In this document: positions 9,102 to 18,595 of the stretch, piece by piece
Layout: each line of letters starts with the position of its first letter
How positions within the stretch are numbered: position 1 is the stretch's first letter
DNA from: an uncultured Verrucomicrobiae bacterium
Lineage (GTDB): Bacteria > Verrucomicrobiota > Verrucomicrobiia > Chthoniobacterales > JAFAMB01
NCBI GenBank assembly: GCA_963837955.1
Contig: CAWIPH010000002.1
Span: 2,272,001-2,336,000, forward strand
Direction: 5' to 3'
DNA length: 64,000 nt
Made by a program: the position numbers and the translations under genes
The notes under the pieces: generated by a model
Told to the model about the DNA's origin: nothing
The model's input: the letters and a program-made list of their open reading frames with translations, nothing else
Database searches by the model: none

Positions 9102-9857
9102 TTAAAAATAGGAACCTGACTCAGCCCGGCCTCGCAGCGAATCGACAAAGTCGTCCAGTTTGCGCTTATCCATCTTGGAAACGACGATGTAATTGCAGTC
9201 TGCGTTGCTCCAGGTGCTGACGTTGCATCCTTCGATGGAATGGTTGCCGGTTGAGATCTGTTCCTTGTTGGATGGCCAGCAAAACAAGGTAACAACGTTT
9301 TTGGCCTGTCCGTAAACGAGCGTCGCGACCGAACGATTTTGGATGACATCTGTACGTCCCCCGAGGAGGGTGTACCCGGAAGCAAAAAGATCAACCAGCG
9401 GTGGCGTAAAATTGAGTTTGGCGGTGAACCAAGGCTTTAGCACCTGCGCGTCCGAAGAGGCAACGTCAACAAGATGATTATTAGCAAGAGATTGGGCAAA
9501 CTGCCCAACTGCTTGGTTTGAGAGTTCTTTTCCGCTGTCCGGAACAAGCAGGGTTGTGGCACATAAGCCGACGGCGAGCACGGCTGCCGCATAGATCCAA
9601 GGCTGATGCAAGAATGTAAGCGCTTGTTTTGAACTCTCCCGCCGAAACATCGCCAAAACATTGGACCTCAGCTGAGGAGGTGCCTTATACGCCGGTGCGT
9701 TCTCTCTAAAGAAGGACTGGAATTCCTGACATTCCAGTGCGAGCGACTGGCAAGCTGGGCAACTCCTCAAATGTTCCTCAAGTCGGAGCTGCCGGCTGGG
9801 TTCGAGCTCGGAATCTAAGTAGGGATCTAGGAGGCGATCGACATCTTCACAGTTCAT
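9102..9857 (-). CDS. Membrane anti-sigma factor with zinc-binding HxxxCxxC domain
   Basis: HLRSCPAC, one TM helix, KPWF...LLGGR extracytoplasmic domain; overlaps the sigma gene. Confidence 0.88.
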   Translation of the reverse strand: MNCEDVDRLLDPYLDSELEPSRQLRLEEHLRSCPACQSLALECQEFQSFFRENAPAYKAPPQLRSNVLAMFRRESSKQALTFLHQPWIYAAAVLAVGLCATTLLVPDSGKELSNQAVGQFAQSLANNHLVDVASSDAQVLKPWFTAKLNFTPPLVDLFASGYTLLGGRTDVIQNRSVATLVYGQAKNVVTLFCWPSNKEQISTGNHSIEGCNVSTWSNADCNYIVVSKMDKRKLDDFVDSLRGRAESGSYF

Positions 9858-10365
9858 TCTTGCGACCCCCCACGTTGCCCCCCATCATTTCCTGGCGCAA
9901 GCGCTGGCGGGCCTGGTTGAGCCGAGACATCACCATCGCAGCTGACAGGTTCAGTGCGGATGCCAATTGTTCGTTAGACCATCCTTCGACGTCACGCAGC
10001 GCCAAAATTTCCCGAGATTCGACTGGTAATCTACTCAATGCTTTATGGAGATCTCGTCTTCGCTCTTCCGGGGAAGGTTCGAGCGACGGCTTGTCGGACG
10101 GTACCACATGAATCGCTTCCGCAAACTGGGAATGACGGCTATGCTCCTGGAGCCAGCTGTGAGCAGTGTTTCGGACGATGGTCAATAGCCAAGCTCGAGG
10201 GTCGGCCCCGCGAAATTGGCTAAACTCCTTCAATGCTTGGATGTAAGCCTCTTGGACCACCCTCTGCGCGTCCTGATCCCGCTCGACTATCCAGCGCGCG
10301 AGATTGTACGCACCGTCTAAGTGAGGCAGGAGATGTTCTTCAAAAAGCGGCTGTTTTTGTCGCAT
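9847..10365 (-). CDS. ECF sigma-70 factor
   Basis: PHLDGAYNLARW, RAWLLTIVRN and VMSRL motifs of regions 2 and 4. Confidence 0.88.
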   Translation of the reverse strand: MRQKQPLFEEHLLPHLDGAYNLARWIVERDQDAQRVVQEAYIQALKEFSQFRGADPRAWLLTIVRNTAHSWLQEHSRHSQFAEAIHVVPSDKPSLEPSPEERRRDLHKALSRLPVESREILALRDVEGWSNEQLASALNLSAAMVMSRLNQARQRLRQEMMGGNVGGRKNEL

Positions 10366-10521
10366 GATGAATAAGCGGACCTCGCGTTGCCGGTCTTACT
10401 GCCCTCAAAAATTCTTCGACGATGCTGCGTGCCTTATCATTGCAAGGACTCATACCCTTTTTGCAACCGCTACCGCTGCCGCCCTCATAACGAAAGCCAG
10501 AATCCGAAGACTGCGGCGAAA

Positions 10522-10576
10522 CTGATGGAATTGTAATTTTCCAGGCGGTCTTTTGTGAGAGTTCGCGTGGTACCAT
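10522..10576 (+). promoter_or_regulatory. Candidate CusR/CzcR box plus extended -10 of czcCBA
   Basis: CTGAT-GGAATT-GTAAT (10522-10537) resembles TGAC-N6-GT(A/C)AT; TGgTACCAT lies 7 nt before ATG 10584. Confidence 0.55.
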
Positions 10577-10583
10577 GGCGGCG

Positions 10584-11930
10584 ATGGAATGCCACCATAC
10601 ACGCAGCGTAATATTCGGGGGTATTCTGGTCGTTTGTATTTTGTGCGGTCACCCTTTGCCTTTGCGAGGAACCGAATCGGATGGAAGTCCTCTGTCGCTA
10701 GCGAGGGCGCTCGCTCTCACTTTGGAAAAGAGCCCGGTTCTTTCTTCCTTTTCCTGGGACATCCGAGCGGCCGAAGCTCGGATCATTCAAGCCAAGCTGG
10801 TTCCTAATCCGGAGATCAGTGTAGAAGGCGAGGATTTTACTAGGGCCGCTGTGAAGTCGGCTACCGAGAGCATGCAAAATACCATCGAACTTAGCCAACT
10901 GATCGAACTCGGAGGAAAGAGAAATTCACGAATTCGAGAAGCGCAATTCGACCGAGAAACGACCGAATGGGACTACCAGGTAAAACGCTTGGAAGTTCTG
11001 AAGTTGACCAGTTCGGCGTTCATCGACGCGCTAACCGCGCAACGAAATGTGCAGTTAGCTGGGGAGAACGTTGACCTTACTGAAGGGGCTGTGCCGGTCA
11101 CACAGAAGAGGGTCGAGGCCGGCAAGGCGTCTGACGTAGAACTGGTCCGAACGAATATAGCAGTGGCCACTGCTCGGATCCGACTAAACCAGGCGAAACG
11201 TGACTTGGAGACGTCAAGATTAAATCTGGCCGCTCAATGGGGTGAAAAGAGAGCGACATTCCCCAGCGTAACTGGAAATTTGGATCAAATTGGACCCATT
11301 CCTTCCTTGGAGTCGCTGAACGCGAAGCTTCATCGGAACCCAGATCTGGTTAGATGGACGACCGAACGCCGAAAGCGCGAAGCCACCTTGAATCTTGCCC
11401 GCGCGGAAGCAAAGCCGGACCTCACGCTGCGCGCCGGACCTCGTCTGCTTGGAGCGAGTCATGCAGATCTGACGCTGGTAGCGGGATTTTCCATACAACT
11501 GCCGCTCTGGAACCGAAACCAAGGAAAGATCGCTGAAGCAGAGGCAAACGTGGCGAAAACCACGGACGAGCGGGCGGCGGCCGAGACGCGAGCGTACGCG
11601 GAGCTCAATGAAGCTTACCAGACACTAGCGCGGGCGGCAGAGGAAGTGCGAATTCTACGCGAAACGGTACTACCGGGAGCTAAGAATACAGTTGACCAAA
11701 TTACCGATGGTTATGCGGCCGGGCGATTCAGCCAGTTGGATGTTCTCGATGCCCAGCGGACCTACAATGAAACACGAACACAATACGTTCGGGCTTTAGC
11801 AGATTTCCAGAAAGCCCAGGTTCAGATAGATACGTTGACGGCCGGACCCGTCGAGTTGCCGGGGTCGAACGAATCGCTGTCAAAAAGCTACGAAGGGAAG
11901 CGAAATAAGAAGGTCTCGCGGGATGAATAA
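10584..11930 (+). CDS. czcC: Outer-membrane efflux factor, TolC/CzcC family
   Basis: PNPE, ELSQLIELGGKR, LPLWNRNQG and LDVLDAQR motifs; first gene of an RND operon. Confidence 0.88.
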   Translation: MECHHTRSVIFGGILVVCILCGHPLPLRGTESDGSPLSLARALALTLEKSPVLSSFSWDIRAAEARIIQAKLVPNPEISVEGEDFTRAAVKSATESMQNTIELSQLIELGGKRNSRIREAQFDRETTEWDYQVKRLEVLKLTSSAFIDALTAQRNVQLAGENVDLTEGAVPVTQKRVEAGKASDVELVRTNIAVATARIRLNQAKRDLETSRLNLAAQWGEKRATFPSVTGNLDQIGPIPSLESLNAKLHRNPDLVRWTTERRKREATLNLARAEAKPDLTLRAGPRLLGASHADLTLVAGFSIQLPLWNRNQGKIAEAEANVAKTTDERAAAETRAYAELNEAYQTLARAAEEVRILRETVLPGAKNTVDQITDGYAAGRFSQLDVLDAQRTYNETRTQYVRALADFQKAQVQIDTLTAGPVELPGSNESLSKSYEGKRNKKVSRDE

Positions 11931-13089
11931 GCAGATCTTTTCGATTGCGATCTTGATTGGACTAGCGCTGTTCGCTGATTGGCGAATTCTGGCGGAGAAG
12001 CCGCCTCAAACTTCGTCGGAGATCGCAGCAAGGGATCCGAGCCCGACCCCGAACGACAAAGACACGGATGAAGACGACCAGAAGGGCAACAACAAAAGTA
12101 AGCTCGAGAAGCCGAGTGTTACCCCCGTCGATAAAGACCAGGGCGGAAAGAAGGAAACGGGCCCGAAAGAGAATGTGACGGAGGAGCCTAGTTCTAGTCC
12201 AAACGGCCAAGACAAAAACGAGAGCGGGGAGAAGAAAAGCAAGGAAAGCGACGTGAAGGAGTCGAACGGGGTGGGGCGGATTGAACTCACCGAGGAGAAA
12301 ACCAAAAATGCAAACCTGGGTATCGAGGTAGCGGGCTCGGCCAAGATCAAGACGACCCTCCAGTTGTACGGAAAGATTGGTATGAACGAAGACGCGGTCG
12401 CGAAGGTGTCTCCGCGTTTTCCTGGGGTGGTCAAAGCAGTCTCCGTGCGACTGGGTGACCGGGTACAAAAGGGAGATGTGTTAGCGATTGTTGAGAGCAA
12501 CGACAGCCTGCGAAACTATCAGGTAACCTCGGAAATCTCCGGCACGATCATCAAAAAAGAGGTGACCGTTGGTGAGGTCGTGCGAGACGATAAGCCGATC
12601 TTCACGGTGGCTGATCTGAGCAGCGTATGGATCGATTTGAGCGTTTTCCCGCAAGATTTCAAGCGCCTGAAACAGGGACAAATGGTTCGTCTCAGTTACG
12701 CGGGCAATCTCACGCCGATTGCGGGTAAAATCGTTTATATCGCTCCTTTTGGATCGGAAAACACGCAGTCGATGCTCGCCCGTGCGGTAGCCCAAAATCC
12801 CGAAGGATTGCTTCGACCCGGATTGTTTGTCACTGCCGACCTCGAAGTCGATGAAGTTGAAGTACCGGTCGCGGTCCGCCCCGACGCTATTCAGAGCTTG
12901 AACGAAAAAACTGTGATCTTTGTGCCGGAGGGCAGTGCATTCGAAGCGCGGGAGGTCCGGCTAGGGGCACGAGACGACAGCAACGTGCAAGTGGTGTCGG
13001 GGATAGGCGCTGGAGATCGCTACGTTGCGGCAAACAGTTTTCTATTGAAAGCGGAGCTGGGCAAGGGTCAGGCCGGCGACCAGGACTGA
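11923..13089 (+). CDS. czcB: RND periplasmic adaptor, CzcB family
   Basis: PRFPGVV, VADLSSVW, LRPGLFV and NSFLLKAELGK motifs. Confidence 0.88.
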   Translation: MNKQIFSIAILIGLALFADWRILAEKPPQTSSEIAARDPSPTPNDKDTDEDDQKGNNKSKLEKPSVTPVDKDQGGKKETGPKENVTEEPSSSPNGQDKNESGEKKSKESDVKESNGVGRIELTEEKTKNANLGIEVAGSAKIKTTLQLYGKIGMNEDAVAKVSPRFPGVVKAVSVRLGDRVQKGDVLAIVESNDSLRNYQVTSEISGTIIKKEVTVGEVVRDDKPIFTVADLSSVWIDLSVFPQDFKRLKQGQMVRLSYAGNLTPIAGKIVYIAPFGSENTQSMLARAVAQNPEGLLRPGLFVTADLEVDEVEVPVAVRPDAIQSLNEKTVIFVPEGSAFEAREVRLGARDDSNVQVVSGIGAGDRYVAANSFLLKAELGKGQAGDQD

Positions 13090-13100
13090 GCTGGAAGGCC

Positions 13101-13138
13101 ATAGCAGATAGCCGATAGCAGATAGCCGATAGCAGATA
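13101..13138. repeat. Heptamer tandem repeat ATAGC(A/C)G x5
   Basis: ATAGCAG ATAGCCG ATAGCAG ATAGCCG ATAGCAG ATA read directly. Confidence 0.9.
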
Positions 13139-13179
13139 ATGAACCGTGGAGAACCAAACTTATAACCTGCAACCTTTCG

Positions 13180-16100
13180 ATGATTGAGCAGATCATCAGC
13201 TTTTCTATTCGATATCGATGGCTGGTTTTGCTTGCGGCTCTCGGTGTTGCTGGGGTTGGCGTCTCCAATTTCCAGCGGCTAGCAATCGATGCAGTCCCCG
13301 ACATCACGACTGTACAGGTTCAAATCAACACCCCTGCGTATGGTCTGTCTGCACCAGAGATCGAGCAACGAATTACCTATCCGGTTGAAACAGCGATGGC
13401 GGGGATTCCGAAGCTCGAGAGTGTCCGCTCGCTTAGTTTCTATGGTCTATCGCAAGTGACGGTCATATTTGAGGACGGGACGGACATCTATTTAGCCCGC
13501 CAGCTCATTGCCGAACGGTTACGCCAGGCGGACGACGAACTTCCGGACCACGTCAAGCCAGAGCTCGGTCCAATAGCTACGGGTCTTGGGGAAATTTACC
13601 TTTGGACGGTAGACGCCAAGCCCGAAGCCAGGAAATCGGACGGGGCGCCCTACACGCTGACCGATCTGCGCGAGATACAGGATTGGATCATTAAGCCACA
13701 GATCAAAAACGTTCCTGGCGTTGTGGAAGTCAACAGTATCGGAGGGTTTGAGAAGCAATATCACATCACTCCGCATCCGGACCGTTTGGTGGCGCTTAAC
13801 CTTTCGTTCCGAGACCTGATTGACGCGCTCGAGAAAAACAATTCAAATACCGGCGCAGGTTACATTGAGAGGAACGGCGAACAGTATATCATCCGTTCCA
13901 CCGGCCAAGTGAGAAGCCTGGCTGAAGTTCGGGCGATTGTAGTTTCCGCTCGAAGCGGTTTACCGATTCGAATTGGAGAGGTCGCTGATGTAGGGGAGGG
14001 CAAAGAGTTGCGAACCGGTGCGGCCACTCGAGACGGTGAGGAGGCGGTGCTCGGGACGGCTTTCATGCTGATTGGCGAAAACTCCCGCGCAGTCGCCACT
14101 CGGGTGGGTGAGAGACTTCAAGCGATCAATCGGACCCTACCAGCCGGCGTCGTAGCAACAACGGTTTACGACCGGAGTAACTTGGTCGACTCCACCATCG
14201 AGACAGTCCGCCAGAATCTGTTCGAGGGAGCGGTGCTCGTTGTGGCGGTGCTTTTTTTGTTGTTTGGGAATTTCCGAGCGGCATTGATCGCGGCGGCGAT
14301 CATTCCGCTGGCAATGCTTTTCACCATCACGGGCATGGTCCAGAGCAAGCTCAGCGGGAATTTAATGAGCCTTGGCGCTCTCGACTTCGGCATCATCGTC
14401 GATGGAGCCATTATTATCGCCGAGAATTGCGTGCGGTGCCTGGCTGACGAGCAGCGCCGGCTGGGTCGTCTGCTTAACCGAAGTGAGCGGCTGGCCACAG
14501 TACTCCGGGCCAGCAAGGAAGTAATCACACCAAGTATCTTCGGCTCATTCATCATCATGGTGGTCTACCTGCCAATCCTCACTTTGAGCGGCGTTGAGGG
14601 TAAAATGTTTATCCCGATGGCGTTGACGGTGTTGCTGGCGCTGCTCGGAGCCATGATTTTCGCGCTCACTCTTGTCCCGGCATCTGTTGCCATCCTCTTG
14701 CGGGGAAAGATGAACGAAAAGGAAAGCATCCTGATTCGGTGGGCCAAAAAAATCTATCTACCGTTGCTCAACGTTTCGCTAAAAAATCGGGGAGTGATTG
14801 TAGTAGTCGCAGTGTTACTCGTCGTTTCCTGCGGAGTTCTGGGATCCCGGATGGGCGCCGAATTCATACCCAGTTTGGACGAGGGAGATTTCGCTCTGGG
14901 GATCAACCGAATTCCAGGCACCAGTCTCACCCAAGCTCTGCAGATGCAGAAGAACCTGGAGATCGGGTTGCTAAAAGTTCCCGAGGTGAAAGAAATATTC
15001 ACCCGGCTCGGCACTGCGGAAATCGCCACTGATGCGCAGCCACCAAGCATTGGCGACGGCTACGTCATGTTGAAGCCGCGGAAAGAGTGGCCCAATCCCA
15101 ATAAATCAAAAGACGATCTCGCCCGCGAGATTAATGACGTTATCGACAATTACATTGGCAACAAAATCGAGCTTTCCCAGCCCATTCAAATGCGGATGAA
15201 CGAGTTGATTTCAGGCGTGAAAGGAGATGTCGCCGTGAAGGTCTTTGGGGACGACTTGGATGAGTTGTTGAAGGCAGGCCAAAAAGTTTCCGATGTGCTG
15301 AGTAGGGTGCATGGAGCGGAAGGGGTAAATCTGGAGCGACTCACCGGTATGCCGTTTCTCACCATTCAACCAAAGTACGAGGCCATTTCCCGTTATGGGT
15401 TAAGCGTGAGTGACGTCCAACAAATTATCCAGACGGCAATGGGTGGGCAAAACGCCGGTCAGTTCTTCCAGGGCGATCGACGTTTTCCGCTGGTTGTACG
15501 GTTACCGGAAACTCTCCGGAACAATCTGGATGCGCTGAAGAGACTTCCTATTTTGCTCCCCGTGACGGAACAGCCCTCCGATAATCGAACTATTTCAGCG
15601 AGCGGTGCGAATTACATTCCGCTAAGCGAGGTCGCCGACTTTGAAATCAAACCGGGACCAAATCAAGTGAACCGGGAAAACGGTAAACGACGCATCGTCA
15701 TGACGTGTAATATTCGCGGCCGCGATATTGGATCCTTTGTGGCCGAGGCCCAACGTAAGATCAAAGAGCAGATAAAATTGCCTGCCGGATATTGGATGGA
15801 ATGGGGTGGACAGTTCGAGCAACTGCAAAGCGCCACCAAAAGGCTCATGGTCGCGGTCCCTGTGGCGCTGCTCCTGATTTTTGTACTTCTATTTTTGTCT
15901 TTCGGAACGGCCAAAGACGCTTTGCTGATTTATACAGGTATTCCTTTGGCGTTGACCGGCGGTATTCTTTCGCTCTGGCTGCGTGGAATCCCACTATCCA
16001 TCTCGGCCGGGGTCGGATTTATCGCTCTGAGCGGAGTGGCTGTTCTCAACGGCGTCGTTATGATCAGCTTTATCCGGCGGCTGCGCTTGGAAGGAAAGCC

Positions 16101-16338
16101 TCGCGACGAAGCGATCCGAGTCGGTTCATTAACTCGACTCAGGCCAGTTATAATGACCGCGCTCGTGGCCTCACTCGGGTTTGTTCCCATGGCTGTAGCC
16201 ACCGGACGAGGTGCCGAAGTCCAACGCCCACTGGCAACCGTTGTGATCGGCGGCATTCTCAGCTCGACTCTATTGACTCTCTTTGTCTTACCCGTGCTCT
16301 ACAGCATCTTTCACCGAGATTCGGAACCCGCTCGATAG
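13180..16338 (+). CDS. czcA: Heavy-metal efflux RND permease, CzcA/CusA family (divalent type)
   Basis: IDAVPDIT, GLGEIY, DFGIIVDGAIIIAEN and GAEVQRPLATVVIGG motifs; 1052 aa. Confidence 0.93.
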   Translation: MIEQIISFSIRYRWLVLLAALGVAGVGVSNFQRLAIDAVPDITTVQVQINTPAYGLSAPEIEQRITYPVETAMAGIPKLESVRSLSFYGLSQVTVIFEDGTDIYLARQLIAERLRQADDELPDHVKPELGPIATGLGEIYLWTVDAKPEARKSDGAPYTLTDLREIQDWIIKPQIKNVPGVVEVNSIGGFEKQYHITPHPDRLVALNLSFRDLIDALEKNNSNTGAGYIERNGEQYIIRSTGQVRSLAEVRAIVVSARSGLPIRIGEVADVGEGKELRTGAATRDGEEAVLGTAFMLIGENSRAVATRVGERLQAINRTLPAGVVATTVYDRSNLVDSTIETVRQNLFEGAVLVVAVLFLLFGNFRAALIAAAIIPLAMLFTITGMVQSKLSGNLMSLGALDFGIIVDGAIIIAENCVRCLADEQRRLGRLLNRSERLATVLRASKEVITPSIFGSFIIMVVYLPILTLSGVEGKMFIPMALTVLLALLGAMIFALTLVPASVAILLRGKMNEKESILIRWAKKIYLPLLNVSLKNRGVIVVVAVLLVVSCGVLGSRMGAEFIPSLDEGDFALGINRIPGTSLTQALQMQKNLEIGLLKVPEVKEIFTRLGTAEIATDAQPPSIGDGYVMLKPRKEWPNPNKSKDDLAREINDVIDNYIGNKIELSQPIQMRMNELISGVKGDVAVKVFGDDLDELLKAGQKVSDVLSRVHGAEGVNLERLTGMPFLTIQPKYEAISRYGLSVSDVQQIIQTAMGGQNAGQFFQGDRRFPLVVRLPETLRNNLDALKRLPILLPVTEQPSDNRTISASGANYIPLSEVADFEIKPGPNQVNRENGKRRIVMTCNIRGRDIGSFVAEAQRKIKEQIKLPAGYWMEWGGQFEQLQSATKRLMVAVPVALLLIFVLLFLSFGTAKDALLIYTGIPLALTGGILSLWLRGIPLSISAGVGFIALSGVAVLNGVVMISFIRRLRLEGKPRDEAIRVGSLTRLRPVIMTALVASLGFVPMAVATGRGAEVQRPLATVVIGGILSSTLLTLFVLPVLYSIFHRDSEPAR

Positions 16339-16387
16339 AACAGCCGAGGTGGGCCGATCACGGAAACCGCAGGGCTGTATCGATATC

Positions 16388-16879
16388 TTAACTACCTTTT
16401 CCCGGGAAAAATTTGTCAACCAGCCAGTCCCAAGTGTGTTGCAGGCTCCAGGAATGTTCGCATCCGCCAGTTGATTGATGCCGCACCAATATTGACGCCA
16501 CGGCTTCTGCCATCGGGATCTCAAGGGAAAAGCTGACCAGGCGATTGTGATTGGAAGATTTTCTCGGACTGTCGTTGTACCAGCCGGAAGTGTCGTATTC
16601 GGCGACTTTTCGCGCAAGAACTTGTCCGCTCGCATTCACCAATGCAACCTCGGCATGGCCGCAGGTTTGATGTGGAAAGATTGCAAAACCTATCCCTGAA
16701 ACAGTGATGTTCTCGCCATCAGAGCTTACGTTTACCTCCGTAATGGAGACTTCACCGCCAGAAATGATTTTTGTTGGAATCGTGGAATTGCCTGATGCCT
16801 GGCAGGTGAGCGCAACAGAAAAAAAGGAAAAAACTAGCCAGCCTAAGAGGATGCGAGTTGGACGAATAAAAAGCAACAT
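16388..16879 (-). CDS. Hypothetical exported protein
   Basis: Signal-peptide-like N-terminus; starts 4 nt after the porin stop; TCGH and GCEH motifs. Confidence 0.6.
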   Translation of the reverse strand: MLLFIRPTRILLGWLVFSFFSVALTCQASGNSTIPTKIISGGEVSITEVNVSSDGENITVSGIGFAIFPHQTCGHAEVALVNASGQVLARKVAEYDTSGWYNDSPRKSSNHNRLVSFSLEIPMAEAVASILVRHQSTGGCEHSWSLQHTWDWLVDKFFPGKGS

Positions 16880-16883
16880 TCTG

Positions 16884-18275
16884 CTAATACTGGAAATGAA
16901 AGCGGGCCATGAAGATGTTGATAGGGCCGCGGTCCTGATTGTAAGCGGGGTTAACGACGAGCTGATAATCCAACGACACGTTCAGCCCCTTAAAAACTTC
17001 CAGATTATAATAGGTCTCGATTACATTTTCCAGGCCGTAACGGAGTTTCCCATCCCCAATCAAGATCCCTAGGCCACCTGCGCCAAAATATTTTCTCTGG
17101 GCATGGCCTATCCCATCGAGCGCGTCAGCCAATCCGAAGGTATCGTTCGGGCGACACCAGCCGTTGCCTTTGATTTGCAGTCCAAGTGCAAGACTTCTTG
17201 AGATGTCGGTATACTGCCAGAACTCATACTTCGGATCGCGATATCCGGCGCGCAGAAAAGCTCCGATATCTTTAGTGATCTCTTGCTCGAAATTGATGCC
17301 AAACCCGTAGGTATAACGAAAGCTACGGGTTCGGGTAATGTCTTCATGCAAAGATGGGTTATTGAGCGTTGCTTGGTAGCTGCCCATATTGGCGCTCTCG
17401 AAATAACCGAGGAAACGCACCTTGCCCGGATGGCCGAATAATTCATAACGCTCCTCTAATTCAGCAACCTGCTGCCAAGCCTTCAAAAAATGGCCGTCGG
17501 TGGCGAGACCGTTGCTAACGCGAGGGACCGTAAAAATCCCCCAGCGTGCAGCCCAACGTTTTTGGTTCAATTCAAGGGTGAGGCCGTATTCATACCCCAG
17601 GGAATCGGCGGCGAAGTCAAAACTGCCCTGATCGGTTATGGCCCAGTTTAAAAACTGGGAACTTGGGTCGTGAGCGTAGGAGTTGTTGTCGAACTGGTCG
17701 GTGACAGCCATTTTTCCAACCGTAAGTGTGAACCGGGAAATATCCGCCTTACCTGCTAGCTGAAGCTGGCCGCCATCGATTTGTTCCTGTTCGCCGCCAA
17801 AGCCCCAAACTTGCCGCAAAAAAAGATGGGGAATAAAGACATCTCCCCGATACTTCCCTACCTTGGAGGATTGAGCATTTGGAAACGCGGCGATGCCGCG
17901 ACTTATGGCGAAACTAAAACCCTGATAGTACTCCGGATTAAAATAAATCTCGGTTCCAGGCAATAGGCGGGCACCAAAAAAAAGGTCCGCTGTCGTCGAT
18001 TGCCGAAAATTATCGCCTGAATGTAGGCTATTGGTTCCGCTGTAGGGGTCATGAAAGCCAGGCTGGCCCTGAAGAATTTCAGTTCCTTGAAAGTGGAACA
18101 ACCAGTTTTGAGACTCGGCGGCCTCTTCCTTTTCCAATGGTACCTTCCGAGATTTTTTATCGTCGCTCGCCAGATTCTGCTGGGCATCGTCGTCCGCTCT
18201 TGCGGATGGCGAAAAAGGAACGCTGGCCGCGAACACGAATCCGAGCACGGCACAGAATCTTCCAGTGTTAGTCAT
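16884..18275 (-). CDS. OprB-family porin (MnoP-like, putative Mn2+ porin)
   Basis: FDNNSYAHDP, FLNWA, GILIGDG, ETYY and NPAYNQDRGP motifs; aromatic C-terminus; near mntH. Confidence 0.82.
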   Translation of the reverse strand: MTNTGRFCAVLGFVFAASVPFSPSARADDDAQQNLASDDKKSRKVPLEKEEAAESQNWLFHFQGTEILQGQPGFHDPYSGTNSLHSGDNFRQSTTADLFFGARLLPGTEIYFNPEYYQGFSFAISRGIAAFPNAQSSKVGKYRGDVFIPHLFLRQVWGFGGEQEQIDGGQLQLAGKADISRFTLTVGKMAVTDQFDNNSYAHDPSSQFLNWAITDQGSFDFAADSLGYEYGLTLELNQKRWAARWGIFTVPRVSNGLATDGHFLKAWQQVAELEERYELFGHPGKVRFLGYFESANMGSYQATLNNPSLHEDITRTRSFRYTYGFGINFEQEITKDIGAFLRAGYRDPKYEFWQYTDISRSLALGLQIKGNGWCRPNDTFGLADALDGIGHAQRKYFGAGGLGILIGDGKLRYGLENVIETYYNLEVFKGLNVSLDYQLVVNPAYNQDRGPINIFMARFHFQY

Positions 18276-18441
18276 AGGATATATTAGAGACTGACGGTTT
18301 GGTTTCACCGACGCCGTAGATGCCCGACCTCGCCGAGCGGCACCGGCGCTCACTGTGCCGGAATCCGAATTAAGAACAATCGCAATCTTGCGTTAAAAAA
18401 CTTTTATTTGCGAAGATACATTGATGGGACTCGGCGCGTCC

Positions 18442-18577
18442 TTAACCACGAATGGACGCGAATACACACGAATAACGAACTCTTGATTCGTGTCCATTAC
18501 TTAGCCTGTCCGCCATAGCTTTTTCAGCACCGTTTTTTCGCTCCAGCACAGCGAAGGCGGATCTATTCGCGATTTAA
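18442..18577. repeat. Inverted element with 10-bp CGAAT units (family G), with an H-type hairpin insert at 18505-18561
   Basis: AACCACGAATGGACGCGAATACACACGAAT ... ATTCGTGTCCATT [CCTGTCCGCCATAGC...GCGAAGGCGGA] TCTATTCGCG. Confidence 0.75.
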
Positions 18578-18595
18578 ATTTGCCGAATGCCGAGT

